Of a stretch of DNA of 64,000 nucleotides, positions 37,582 to 46,533 are shown one piece after another (positions within the stretch are counted from its first letter, which is position 1; each line of letters begins with the position of its first letter). The position numbers were made by a program, and so were the translations under genes. Origin of the DNA: Candidatus Latescibacterota bacterium (lineage in GTDB: Bacteria > Latescibacterota > UBA2968); NCBI GenBank assembly GCA_965222605.1, contig OZ244960.1, forward strand, positions 4,032,001 to 4,096,000, given 5' to 3'. The notes beneath the pieces were generated by a model, which made no database searches, was not told the DNA's origin, and was given only the letters and a program-made list of their open reading frames with translations.

Positions 37582-38853
37582 ATGTCAGCGAGCCAGGAAG
37601 ATAGGCGACCTGTTGCCGGCGCATTGATGGTCGGATTTGCTGCGGGTTTTTTGTTGTGTGGATATGAGTTTGCGCGAAGTGTATCCACGTCGTTGTTTAT
37701 TGGTGCGTATGGGGCGCACAATTTGCCTTTTGTCATGATGCTGGCTCCCCTGGGTACGTTTGGTATGGTTTGGGGATATGGAGTGTTGTTGTCGCGATTT
37801 GGGTCGCGGCAGACTTTGTTTTTGACATCGGTGATTTCGGGTGGGGGTATTCTGGCGTGTTACGGGGGGATTGTGTCTGGATTTCATCCGGCGATCGGGG
37901 TGTTATATGTGCTGCGCGAAGCGTATATTGTGCTGATTATTGAACAATACTGGTCGTTTATCAATAGCATTTTGCGCGACGAACAGGGGCGAAAATACAA
38001 TGGTCCGATCTGTGGCATTGCTTCGGTGGGTGCGATTTGTGGCGGCTTGATTGTAGGACAAACGGCGAAGGTGTTGGGTAGTGAACATCTGCTGATTTTT
38101 GCCGCGTTATCGCTTTTGCCAGCAGCGGTTCTGGCGTGGTGGGCTTATGGCCTGGGGGGTGTGCCGGTTCAGGATCGGGAAAAGCGAGGCAAGCTGGCAT
38201 TGGGCTTGTTTCGAGATACTCCTACTTTGCGCTATCTCGCAGGATTGATTTTTGTCACGCAGATGGTGTCGGCGGTATTGGATTTGCGGTTTAGTGGGCT
38301 GGTGGAAACGGCTTTGCCGATACAGGACGAACGCACCGCGTATTTTGGGCATTTTTATGCGTTGTTGAATGCATGTGCATTTGTGTTTCAGTTTGGCGTT
38401 GCACCCCTGTTGCTGCGCTTTGTGTCGTTGCGAACCGCACATCTCGGTATTCCTGTGATTCATCTGATAACGTGTGGGGTGTTGTTGGCCTATCCGACTC
38501 TCACTACTGGTGCATTGGCCTATCTGGTGTTTAAGACGCTGGATTATTCGGTGTTTCGGGCGGCAAAAGAATTGCTCTATATCCCGCTTTCGTTTGATGC
38601 GAGGTACCGGGCAAAAGAAGTGATTGATGCGTTTGGTTATCGCGCGTCAAAGGGGATGACTTCGGGATTGATCGCACTGGCAGGAACAATTTCTTACAGG
38701 ATTTTCAATATTGGACGATTGCCGGGATCAGTGTATCCGCTTGTCGCATTGGGTGCGCTGGGAATATGGAGTTGGCTCGCGTGGGCAATTACAAAATCCG
38801 AGAGTGATAGCGATCGGCGACCACTGGTCTCAGAGGAAGTTGCTGATTTTTAG
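37582..38853 (+). CDS. NTT/TLC (Npt1/Npt2, ATP/ADP translocase family) nucleotide transporter
   Basis: About 12 TM helices, YEFARSVSTSLF, YWSFINSI, and KTLDYSVFRAAKELLYIPLS...RYRAKEVIDAFGYR. Confidence 0.8.
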   Translation: MSASQEDRRPVAGALMVGFAAGFLLCGYEFARSVSTSLFIGAYGAHNLPFVMMLAPLGTFGMVWGYGVLLSRFGSRQTLFLTSVISGGGILACYGGIVSGFHPAIGVLYVLREAYIVLIIEQYWSFINSILRDEQGRKYNGPICGIASVGAICGGLIVGQTAKVLGSEHLLIFAALSLLPAAVLAWWAYGLGGVPVQDREKRGKLALGLFRDTPTLRYLAGLIFVTQMVSAVLDLRFSGLVETALPIQDERTAYFGHFYALLNACAFVFQFGVAPLLLRFVSLRTAHLGIPVIHLITCGVLLAYPTLTTGALAYLVFKTLDYSVFRAAKELLYIPLSFDARYRAKEVIDAFGYRASKGMTSGLIALAGTISYRIFNIGRLPGSVYPLVALGALGIWSWLAWAITKSESDSDRRPLVSEEVADF

Positions 38854-38862
38854 AGTGAATGC

Positions 38863-38891
38863 TTGACACAAAATACCAAAACCTCTATTTT
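38863..38891 (+). promoter_or_regulatory. Sigma70 promoter of the ileS leader
   Basis: TTGACA-17 nt-TATTTT. Confidence 0.7.
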
Positions 38892-38921
38892 TAACCGCGT
38901 TGATCAAAAAAGGATTGGATT

Positions 38922-39059
38922 ATGAATACAACCCATCAAACATCCCCACAACTGAGAAAGGGTCCTGCCCAGGTGACAGGTTATCTGACACCGGGCAGTG
39001 CCATTGGGGTTATATGTATATATGCTGTGGAGACGCTTGAGGGGTGTTGTTTGTCGTAA
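38922..39059 (+). CDS. Candidate 45-aa ileS leader (attenuator) peptide
   Basis: AAAGGA RBS, MNTTHQTSPQLRKGPAQVTGYLTPGSAIGVICIYAVETLEGCCLS*. Ile codons ATT/ATA/ATA cluster at 39003-39020. Confidence 0.6.
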   Translation: MNTTHQTSPQLRKGPAQVTGYLTPGSAIGVICIYAVETLEGCCLS

Positions 39060-39082
39060 GCTATATACTTTTTGTATGACAC

Positions 39083-39114
39083 ACCGCCAGAGGCGTTTGC
39101 CGTGGCGGTTTTTT
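39083..39114 (+). terminator. Attenuator terminator upstream of ileS
   Basis: ACCGCCA-gaggc-gttt-gccg-TGGCGGT-TTTTT. Confidence 0.75.
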
Positions 39115-39165
39115 GTTGTACACAGGAATGTTCTCTGAATTTTGCACGATTTCAAGGAGTTTTTA

Positions 39166-42100
39166 ATGTTTGAAAAGGTGGATGCACATGTGAATTTTCC
39201 CAAAGAGGAAGAAAAGGTACTTGCTTTTTGGGATGAGATCAGAGCATTTGAAAAATCGCTCGAGATCAGAAAGAATAACGACGAATACGTTTTTTACGAT
39301 GGGCCGCCTTTTGCGACGGGTCTGCCGCATTACGGACACTTGCTGGCCGGGACGATCAAAGATGTAATCCCGCGCTATCAAACCATGAATGGCAAATACG
39401 TAGATCGCGTCTTTGGATGGGACTGTCACGGGTTGCCCGTAGAATACGAACTCAGCCAGGAACTGGGGCTGAATAGCAAACACGAGATTGAAGAGTACGG
39501 GATTGCGGAATACAATGAGGCCTGCCGGGGCATTGTCTTGCGTTATACTGCCGAATGGCGACAATTTGTCAAACGCATTGGGCGCTGGGTCGATTTTGAA
39601 AACGGGTACCGCACGATGGATCGCGACTACATGGAGTCCATCTGGTGGGTGTTCAAACAGCTTTGGGACAAAGGCTTGATTTACGAGGGGCACAAAATTT
39701 TGCCTTACTGCCCCCAGGATGCGACGCCGCTGTCCAATTTTGAGGCCAATCAGGGTTATGAATCCGTGCAGGATCCGGCTATTACCGTTGCGTTCAAACT
39801 CAAAGACGAACCGGATACGTATCTTCTGGCGTGGACGACAACGCCCTGGACACTGCCGTCCAATCTGGCTCTGACCGTGCATGAAGATGTGGATTACGCC
39901 TATGTCAAAGATGGGGATGTGACGTACGTCCTCGCTGAAGCGCGTGTGGATACCTATTATCCCGCAGGCAGACCCGAGATCGTTAAGACCGCAAAGGGAA
40001 AAGATCTCCTCGACATGCAATACGAACCGCTTTTTCCCTATTTTGAAGATTTGCGCGCCCAGGGGGCGTTCCGCATCATCACAGCCGAGTTTGTCACTAC
40101 TGAAGAAGGAACGGGTATTGTCCACACGGCACCTGGATTTGGCGAAGACGATGCCGAAGCCGGTCGCGTTCACGGCGTTCCATCTGTATGTCCGATTGAT
40201 GCCGAATGCCGTTTTACCTCTGAAGTGAGTGATTATGAAGGACGTTTTGTCAAAGACTGTGATAACGATATTGTGAATCGCTTAAAAAAAGAGGGCAAAC
40301 TCGTACACCGCTCTACACATCACCACAGTTATCCCCACTGCTGGCGGTGTGAGTCGCCCCTTATTTACAGGGCGATTTCGACGTGGTTTGTCAATATTGA
40401 GGAGATTAAAGACCAGATGATCCGTGCCAACGCGCAGATCCACTGGGTGCCCGAACATATCAAAGCGGGGCGTTTTGGCAATTGGCTGGAAGGCGCGCGA
40501 GATTGGGCGATTTCCCGCAATCGCTATTGGGGCTGTCCGCTTCCGTTGTGGCGAAATGAAGAGACGGGTGAGACCGTGTGTGTTGGTTCTATCGGCGAAC
40601 TCGAAGAGCGCACGGGGGGGGAATTTGACGATATCCACAAACATTTTATAGATCCCGTGATCATCGAAGGTGAAACTGGACCTCTTACCCGCGTGCCCGA
40701 AGTTCTCGACTGCTGGTTTGAAAGCGGTTCTATGCCTTATGCACAACGCCATTACCCGTTTGAAAACAAAGATTGGCTGGACGCGCATTTCCCGGCAGAT
40801 TTTATCGCAGAGGGATTGGACCAGACACGCGGCTGGTTTTACACGCTTGTCGTGCTCGGCGCTGCCCTTTTCGACCGTCCGCCGTTCGAAAATGTCGTTG
40901 TCAACGGTATGATTTTAGCCGAAGATGGGCGCAAAATGTCCAAGCGATTGAAGAATTATCCCGATCCCATGCATGTTATGGATACTTATGGTGCCGATGC
41001 CCTGCGTCTCAATATGCTGTCTTCACCTGTGGTGCGCGGCGAAGACCTCGCTTTTTCGGAACAGGGGGTTCAAAAGACGATGCGCAGTGTCCTGCTGCCT
41101 TTGTGGAATGCGTACAGTTTTCTTGTCACTTATGCGCGTGTTGACAACTGGCAGCCCACATCGGAACGATCGGATCATCCGCTCGATCGCTGGATTCGCG
41201 CGCGCTTGAATCATCTGGTGCGCGATATTCGCCAGGGTCTGGATCAGTGTCATTTGCAAACAGCGGCCACGCGATTTGCAACATTTATCGACGATATGAC
41301 CAATTGGTATATCCGACGCAGCCGACGGCGATTCTGGAAGAGCGATAATGACAGCGATAAATTGTCTGCTTATGCGACCCTGTATCACGTGCTCTTGACG
41401 CTGGTCAAGGCTCTGGCTCCTTTCGCGCCGTTTATCACGGAAACCATCTACCGAAATTTGCGCGCGAGCGATATGCCGGAATCCGTACATTTGTGTGATT
41501 ATCCCGATGTGATCGAAGCCGATCTCGACGAAAAGCTCGAGCAGCAGATGGCGCGCACGCGAACTGCGGTTGGGTTGGGCAGATTCTTGCGTAGTCAGGC
41601 CAATGCCAGAACCCGACACCCGTTGCGCACGGCGATTCTCGTGTCCATGCACGACGATGTGCGCGAAGACCTTATGGCATTACAAGATATTGTCGCGGAT
41701 GAGTTAAATGTGAAACGCGTGGATATTCGCGCCAATGAAGAGGAAGTCGTGACGCTTTCTGCAAAAGCCAATTTCCGAGTGTTGGGTCCACGTTTGGGAA
41801 AAAATATGAAGGTGGCTGCGGGGAAAATTGCCGGTCTCGGCTTTGAAGAAATCCAATCTCTGCGCGAAGGCCATGCGATTACATTGGAACTGAATGGTGC
41901 GGGTCCCCTGGAACTCACGGTTGATGATATTCTGATCCAGCGCGAAGAGAAAGAAGATATGCCTGTGGCAAATGAAGGCGATATTACGGTGGCACTGGAT
42001 TTGTATAGGGATGAAGATTTGATGCGCGAAGGTCTGGCGCGTGAGATTGTCCATGTTATTCAAAATATCCGCAGGGAGAAGGGGCTGGATGTGTCAGATC

Positions 42101-42276
42101 GGATTGCAGTGACATATAGCGTGTCAGATGAAGTGGCACCTGTTTTCGATCAGTTTCGGGATTATATCATGGGTGAGACGCTTTGCACGACATTGGTTCG
42201 CGCAGATGAGGTGGGTGGCGATGCGGTTGATATTGAGGGTTATACTGCAGTGTTTGAGATTAAAGTTGAAGGTTAG
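39166..42276 (+). CDS. ileS: Isoleucyl-tRNA synthetase, type 2 (archaeal/eukaryote-like)
   Basis: DGPPFATGLPHYGH, GWDCHGLP, WTTTPWTLPSN, DWAISRNRYWG, EGLDQTRGWF and KMSKR. RBS AAGGAG before the ATG at 39166. Confidence 0.97.
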   Translation: MFEKVDAHVNFPKEEEKVLAFWDEIRAFEKSLEIRKNNDEYVFYDGPPFATGLPHYGHLLAGTIKDVIPRYQTMNGKYVDRVFGWDCHGLPVEYELSQELGLNSKHEIEEYGIAEYNEACRGIVLRYTAEWRQFVKRIGRWVDFENGYRTMDRDYMESIWWVFKQLWDKGLIYEGHKILPYCPQDATPLSNFEANQGYESVQDPAITVAFKLKDEPDTYLLAWTTTPWTLPSNLALTVHEDVDYAYVKDGDVTYVLAEARVDTYYPAGRPEIVKTAKGKDLLDMQYEPLFPYFEDLRAQGAFRIITAEFVTTEEGTGIVHTAPGFGEDDAEAGRVHGVPSVCPIDAECRFTSEVSDYEGRFVKDCDNDIVNRLKKEGKLVHRSTHHHSYPHCWRCESPLIYRAISTWFVNIEEIKDQMIRANAQIHWVPEHIKAGRFGNWLEGARDWAISRNRYWGCPLPLWRNEETGETVCVGSIGELEERTGGEFDDIHKHFIDPVIIEGETGPLTRVPEVLDCWFESGSMPYAQRHYPFENKDWLDAHFPADFIAEGLDQTRGWFYTLVVLGAALFDRPPFENVVVNGMILAEDGRKMSKRLKNYPDPMHVMDTYGADALRLNMLSSPVVRGEDLAFSEQGVQKTMRSVLLPLWNAYSFLVTYARVDNWQPTSERSDHPLDRWIRARLNHLVRDIRQGLDQCHLQTAATRFATFIDDMTNWYIRRSRRRFWKSDNDSDKLSAYATLYHVLLTLVKALAPFAPFITETIYRNLRASDMPESVHLCDYPDVIEADLDEKLEQQMARTRTAVGLGRFLRSQANARTRHPLRTAILVSMHDDVREDLMALQDIVADELNVKRVDIRANEEEVVTLSAKANFRVLGPRLGKNMKVAAGKIAGLGFEEIQSLREGHAITLELNGAGPLELTVDDILIQREEKEDMPVANEGDITVALDLYRDEDLMREGLAREIVHVIQNIRREKGLDVSDRIAVTYSVSDEVAPVFDQFRDYIMGETLCTTLVRADEVGGDAVDIEGYTAVFEIKVEG

Positions 42277-42325
42277 AAAAAAAAGGGCGTCAGGAGAGGG
42301 GCGGTTATACCTATTCCTGACGCTT
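42277..42325. terminator. Terminator between convergent genes (U-tract on the minus strand)
   Basis: A8-GGGCGTCAGGA...TCCTGACGCTT. Confidence 0.6.
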
Positions 42326-42345
42326 GACTAAAGATTTGGAGTGCT

Positions 42346-42588
42346 TCATTTTCTGTTTTTGTACAAACCAAAAATACCCACCGCGATCAATATACCCGCT
42401 GTTGGTCCCGCTATATCCAGCCCCAACCAGAATCCTTCTTTCCACTCGACGCTCTCAGTGCCAAACATTTCATCTACTACCACCACTTGCTGCTTGTTTT
42501 TCGTAAAAATCTGCGTGCCGTCCATTGCCCACTTTGCGCCTATACCTATTACGAGCACAAACGCGATTGCGCTGATGATTTTCCACAT
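42346..42588 (-). CDS. Small two-TM membrane protein
   Basis: 80 aa with two hydrophobic helices, RBS GGAG. Confidence 0.7.
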   Translation of the reverse strand: MWKIISAIAFVLVIGIGAKWAMDGTQIFTKNKQQVVVVDEMFGTESVEWKEGFWLGLDIAGPTAGILIAVGIFGLYKNRK

Positions 42589-42607
42589 GGGTTACTCCGA
42601 ATAGGTG

Positions 42608-43750
42608 CTAATAAAACACATGCAATTGCAGTGCGTAGCGCGATGAGCGAAAGGTTTCTGTGTCGAGGATGCGATATTCGGGGCGCAATTCGATTTGCGG
42701 TGTGAGAAAGATTTGCATGCCAAATACAGCCTGGCGGGTCATCAAATCAATAGGGCGCGCTGAAGTGCGGATATGCGTCACTTCGCCGCGTTCTCCCCGC
42801 GCAAACAAAAGCCATCCGGGTATTGCTTGAAGCGTGATATCAACCGAAGCGGTTTTTGCCTCGCGTGCGCCATCCTTATCGGATAGGACATATTCGGCCA
42901 TGACGGCGATCTTGTCCTGCAATCCGACGCCCGCAAAGAGGTTTGTCATTAAAAAATCGCCGTTTTTGAGCCACGACGCTCCCAGATAAAAATTCATTTT
43001 CTGTTCGACCAATCTGGGCCACAAGACCACACGGCCCAGGAACGAAGGTTTGTCGCGGTCTTCGATCAAAGAGGCGTCTCGTACGGTATTTTCAGAGAGT
43101 GCGCGGGCAGAATAAATACCTGCGGTTAGCGATAGCCACAATTTTTTGTAATAATGCACTTCTGCGCCGTATTCTGCGTAATTGGGCGCGATAAGCGATG
43201 TGGCCCCGGCAACATCGGGCGTTTGTCGCACGAGCATGGTGTGGTCGTCATACCGCATGCCAATGGATGGCTGGAAATGCCCTGCGCGCAATGCAGGCCA
43301 GTTGTAATTGGGCTGATAAATTGCCGATGCGGTCCACGCGCGCTGTCCATTGTATTTTTTTGGACCGAAATTATACGAGCCTTCGATTTTTAAGGCATTT
43401 GAGGGGCGGGCAACGCTATATAGCGCGACCTGCATCGGAAATACTTTGCGTTCGGCTTCTGGCGATGTATGTGATCGCGCCATTTGTCCGCGGATATCCG
43501 CACCCATGAGTATCAGGCCATCGGCATAAGCGGTCTTTCCCGGCAAAACGTAATTGGGTGCGAGCAATCCCACGCCGTCCATTGAATACTGCCCCAATTC
43601 ATCTCGCTGCGCCCCGCCCTGCGCGGTGATGTGACAGTTCACACACCGATTGGCAGTCAGCAATGCAAACTGCGAGAGGGCATCCGCCTGCCCCACAGAG
43701 CCTATCAGGATTAACAGCCCGAATAACCTAAAATACGCGGTATTGCTCAT
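42608..43750 (-). CDS. Outer-membrane porin-like barrel with an N-terminal CxxCH heme motif
   Basis: Signal peptide, RCVNCHITAQGG, LRAGHFQPSIG, C-terminal LQLHVFY. Confidence 0.65.
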   Translation of the reverse strand: MSNTAYFRLFGLLILIGSVGQADALSQFALLTANRCVNCHITAQGGAQRDELGQYSMDGVGLLAPNYVLPGKTAYADGLILMGADIRGQMARSHTSPEAERKVFPMQVALYSVARPSNALKIEGSYNFGPKKYNGQRAWTASAIYQPNYNWPALRAGHFQPSIGMRYDDHTMLVRQTPDVAGATSLIAPNYAEYGAEVHYYKKLWLSLTAGIYSARALSENTVRDASLIEDRDKPSFLGRVVLWPRLVEQKMNFYLGASWLKNGDFLMTNLFAGVGLQDKIAVMAEYVLSDKDGAREAKTASVDITLQAIPGWLLFARGERGEVTHIRTSARPIDLMTRQAVFGMQIFLTPQIELRPEYRILDTETFRSSRYALQLHVFY

Positions 43751-43790
43751 GTTATACCTGTATTATTTTGATCCGTTCTGAGTTTGTTCA

Positions 43791-44360
43791 TCATCCTGTT
43801 CCTCCATAAGTTTGTCCATCTCCGGGAGAATTGCCGCCGAAGATCACTTGCTGGCCGGTCAGGTCGCGCAGAAAGATTTGCAATCGAATGATGTGTACAT
43901 TGCCCGCCCCCATGCGCATGTTCAGGCCATCTATAACTGCTGGCGTCATAAAATCGAGATTCTGCTGCAGAAAAGTGGCCCCATCGAGATAATCTGCGAA
44001 AGCGGCTTCAAATTCCTCGGTGTGCAGCCTGAGCAAATACGGATTTGCGGGGCGCATGTCGTGTAAGGTAGATTGAATGGCGTTAAGCCGCGCGATCATG
44101 TTGCTTATAAATTGCCACGACCAATAGATTGGGACCAAGCCATTCGTGACCTCGACCGTTACACCGCCGTATTCTGCAAAAAAGACGTCAATAGATAAAA
44201 AAACCCGGTTGATGTCGGCGATATAGGCGTTGACTTCATCCACAGTGACGTGGTCATAGATCTGTTCAGCAGGTGGTTCGGGCGCAGGTGTCACGGGATT
44301 GGACGCACCACACCCCAGAGACAACGCCAGCAGTGCAAAACACAAAAGCCATCGTTTCAT
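43791..44360 (-). CDS. Hypothetical lipoprotein
   Basis: MKRWLLCFALLALSLG-C lipobox. Confidence 0.65.
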   Translation of the reverse strand: MKRWLLCFALLALSLGCGASNPVTPAPEPPAEQIYDHVTVDEVNAYIADINRVFLSIDVFFAEYGGVTVEVTNGLVPIYWSWQFISNMIARLNAIQSTLHDMRPANPYLLRLHTEEFEAAFADYLDGATFLQQNLDFMTPAVIDGLNMRMGAGNVHIIRLQIFLRDLTGQQVIFGGNSPGDGQTYGGTG

Positions 44361-44368
44361 AAAAAGCC

Positions 44369-44884
44369 TCATTCGTTTTGTCCCATATACAGCAGACGCC
44401 GTTTCTGATATCTTCTGGTATTGTTCAAAAAGCGCGCTACTTCGTCATCTGACAATGTGCGACGCGGTTTGGCGGGTACACCGGCGACAAGTGTGCGCGG
44501 TGCGACCTCTGCCCCCTCCAATATCAGCGCGTGGGCAGCTACCAGTGCTGATTCGCCAACAGCCGAGCCAGTTAACACAGTTGCCCCCATTCCGATGGTC
44601 ACGCCCTGTTCTATTTGACAACCGTGCAAGATCGCATTGTGCCCTACGGTTACATTTTTGCCAACATTACAGGGATAGCCCGGGTCGGTATGCACCACAA
44701 CGCCGTCCTGAATATTCGAGCCTTCGCCGATCACAATGGGTTCAACATCGCCCCGAATCACGGCATTGAACCAGATGCTCGCGCGGGCACCGATTACCAC
44801 ATCGCCAATTACAACAGCACCGGGCGCGATATAAGCCGACGGATCGATGTGAGGGGTTTTGTCCTTATAAGGCAAAATCGTCAT
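44369..44884 (-). CDS. Gamma carbonic anhydrase-family hexapeptide-repeat protein
   Basis: IGDVVIG...IWFNAVIRGD...NIQDGVVVH...TVGHNAILHGC...GVPAK. Confidence 0.92.
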   Translation of the reverse strand: MTILPYKDKTPHIDPSAYIAPGAVVIGDVVIGARASIWFNAVIRGDVEPIVIGEGSNIQDGVVVHTDPGYPCNVGKNVTVGHNAILHGCQIEQGVTIGMGATVLTGSAVGESALVAAHALILEGAEVAPRTLVAGVPAKPRRTLSDDEVARFLNNTRRYQKRRLLYMGQNE

Positions 44885-44888
44885 TGAG

Positions 44889-45848
44889 TTATTTCCGTTT
44901 GTCACCCTCAACGGGACCCAGTGTGAAAGTCTTGCCGCTTTGCGTGGCTCTGGCACCTGTCACCAGCCCGCTTACAAAACCAAAGATGCCAAAAATTGCG
45001 GCGGCCCAGATTGTCGTCTCTTTGACGTCGGAATTGGTCTGCCAGGCGGCAAGTGCCCCGGTCAATGCGCCCGTTAAGGCTCCTCCAATTCCCTGTAAAA
45101 TTGCCCGTTCCATCGCCACGGAGCCGCGTTCCCCAAAGAATTGTACTTTTTGAATTTTATCTATGGCGACTTTTTGAACGCTCAATTCCGTCTCGATCAA
45201 AATGTTATCATCTTCGTATAGGGGTACAAATTCGCCTTTGATTTTTTTACCATCCTTCAGGGTGATCATTCCGGGGAAGCGCGTTTGCACCCGGAAGCGC
45301 GTCTTGCGTTCCTGAAAAGAGATGACATCCTCGGTATATTGCGGATAGGTCTCGTCTATTTTGGAGGAGTCTGCAATTGTGTACTCGCCTTTTACGATTT
45401 CATCGAAGTGTTCGACGTATTCTCTCAAGCGGCGCAGATCATTATCACTTTGCACATTCACCAGCTGTGTTTCAATGCGAGGGCCTGATCGATATTGAAT
45501 TTTAATGGCGAGTTTGCCATTGTCTTGCTTTATAAATTCGGCAAATTGAAATCCCGCTACGCCCAGATGCAAGATTGGAAGATCTATTTTTTGAGAATAA
45601 ATGGTTATTCCCTGAAACAAAGCGTAGCGATTGCTCTCCTCTAAATCGATTTGAGGACCCACCCGGGGGCTTAATACAATGCGCGTGCCCGATACCTGTC
45701 GCACATCGACAATCTCCCAGCCATCATGTCCCAATTGGTAAATCCCGCGCTCGTATTGCGTTTTTTTTTCGCTTTCTGCTGCCCGAACAGGACAAACCGC
45801 AAGCAAAAGGCTCATCGCAGTGATTAATGAAATCGATTTTTTAATCAT
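44889..45848 (-). CDS. Hypothetical exported/membrane protein
   Basis: Signal peptide from MIKKS and C-terminal glycine-rich TM helices. RBS GAGGAG. Confidence 0.65.
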   Translation of the reverse strand: MIKKSISLITAMSLLLAVCPVRAAESEKKTQYERGIYQLGHDGWEIVDVRQVSGTRIVLSPRVGPQIDLEESNRYALFQGITIYSQKIDLPILHLGVAGFQFAEFIKQDNGKLAIKIQYRSGPRIETQLVNVQSDNDLRRLREYVEHFDEIVKGEYTIADSSKIDETYPQYTEDVISFQERKTRFRVQTRFPGMITLKDGKKIKGEFVPLYEDDNILIETELSVQKVAIDKIQKVQFFGERGSVAMERAILQGIGGALTGALTGALAAWQTNSDVKETTIWAAAIFGIFGFVSGLVTGARATQSGKTFTLGPVEGDKRK

Positions 45849-45883
45849 GAAGTTCTCCTCTATTGTTCGGCCTCTGGCCGAAC

Positions 45884-45910
45884 AAAAAGCCACCCGCAAA
45901 GCGGGTGGTC
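45884..45910 (-). terminator. Terminator after the argH-hypothetical gene pair
   Basis: Minus strand ACCACCCGC-ttt-GCGGGTGGC-TTTTT. Confidence 0.7.
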
Positions 45911-45912
45911 GT

Positions 45913-46533
45913 TTACTCACCGCAAATTGCCTCGGAAATGCCATCTAAAATATACGGGCGATACTTGCGAAATTGCAGGCGGGGATGAAACCAGGTACCG
46001 TCGGGATCTGATGTGCCGGGGACCGGGACCATGCTGGTCAGGTCAATTCTGGATAATGTCGCCTCTCCCAAAAACCATTCTGCAATTTGTTTTGCCGTGC
46101 GATTTGGCCGACCATTTTCTATGGCAATTTCTCTGTCCATAGGAAAAAATAGCGCGCCATCTCCCAATACGGATACATCGTTTTGGTATGCCAGTGCGGC
46201 TTCGGTTATTTGGCCGGGTTCCGGTATGAAAACACCTGTTACACACGCAATATCCTCTTTGGACACCACGTCGCTAAATAGCGTACGAATGCGATTTAGC
46301 AGTCCGCCATAGTTATCTAAAAGATGTGACGACCGGGGGTTCACGCCAGCTTGAAGAAGGCCCAGTGTATTGTAGCGCGAACACTCGGATACAAAATCGT
46401 CTTCATTGTCAAATAGTCCCACGCCGATCAAATTTTCGCCATCCAGGACATTGAGTTGCGTGAGGCCCAAATCTGACTTGTGCTGAAGCAAATCGTAAAA
46501 ACGCCGCACATCCCGCTCGTGAAAACGCTTCAT
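45913..46533 (-). CDS. Hypothetical protein, overlapping the argH stop
   Basis: 206-aa ORF with an ATGA overlap to argH. Confidence 0.65.
   Translation of the reverse strand: MKRFHERDVRRFYDLLQHKSDLGLTQLNVLDGENLIGVGLFDNEDDFVSECSRYNTLGLLQAGVNPRSSHLLDNYGGLLNRIRTLFSDVVSKEDIACVTGVFIPEPGQITEAALAYQNDVSVLGDGALFFPMDREIAIENGRPNRTAKQIAEWFLGEATLSRIDLTSMVPVPGTSDPDGTWFHPRLQFRKYRPYILDGISEAICGE

Noticed and set aside
38892-39165. T-box riboswitch upstream of ileS
   Set aside because: No T-box UGGNACC antiterminator bulge or stem I motifs found. A leader-peptide model fits better.
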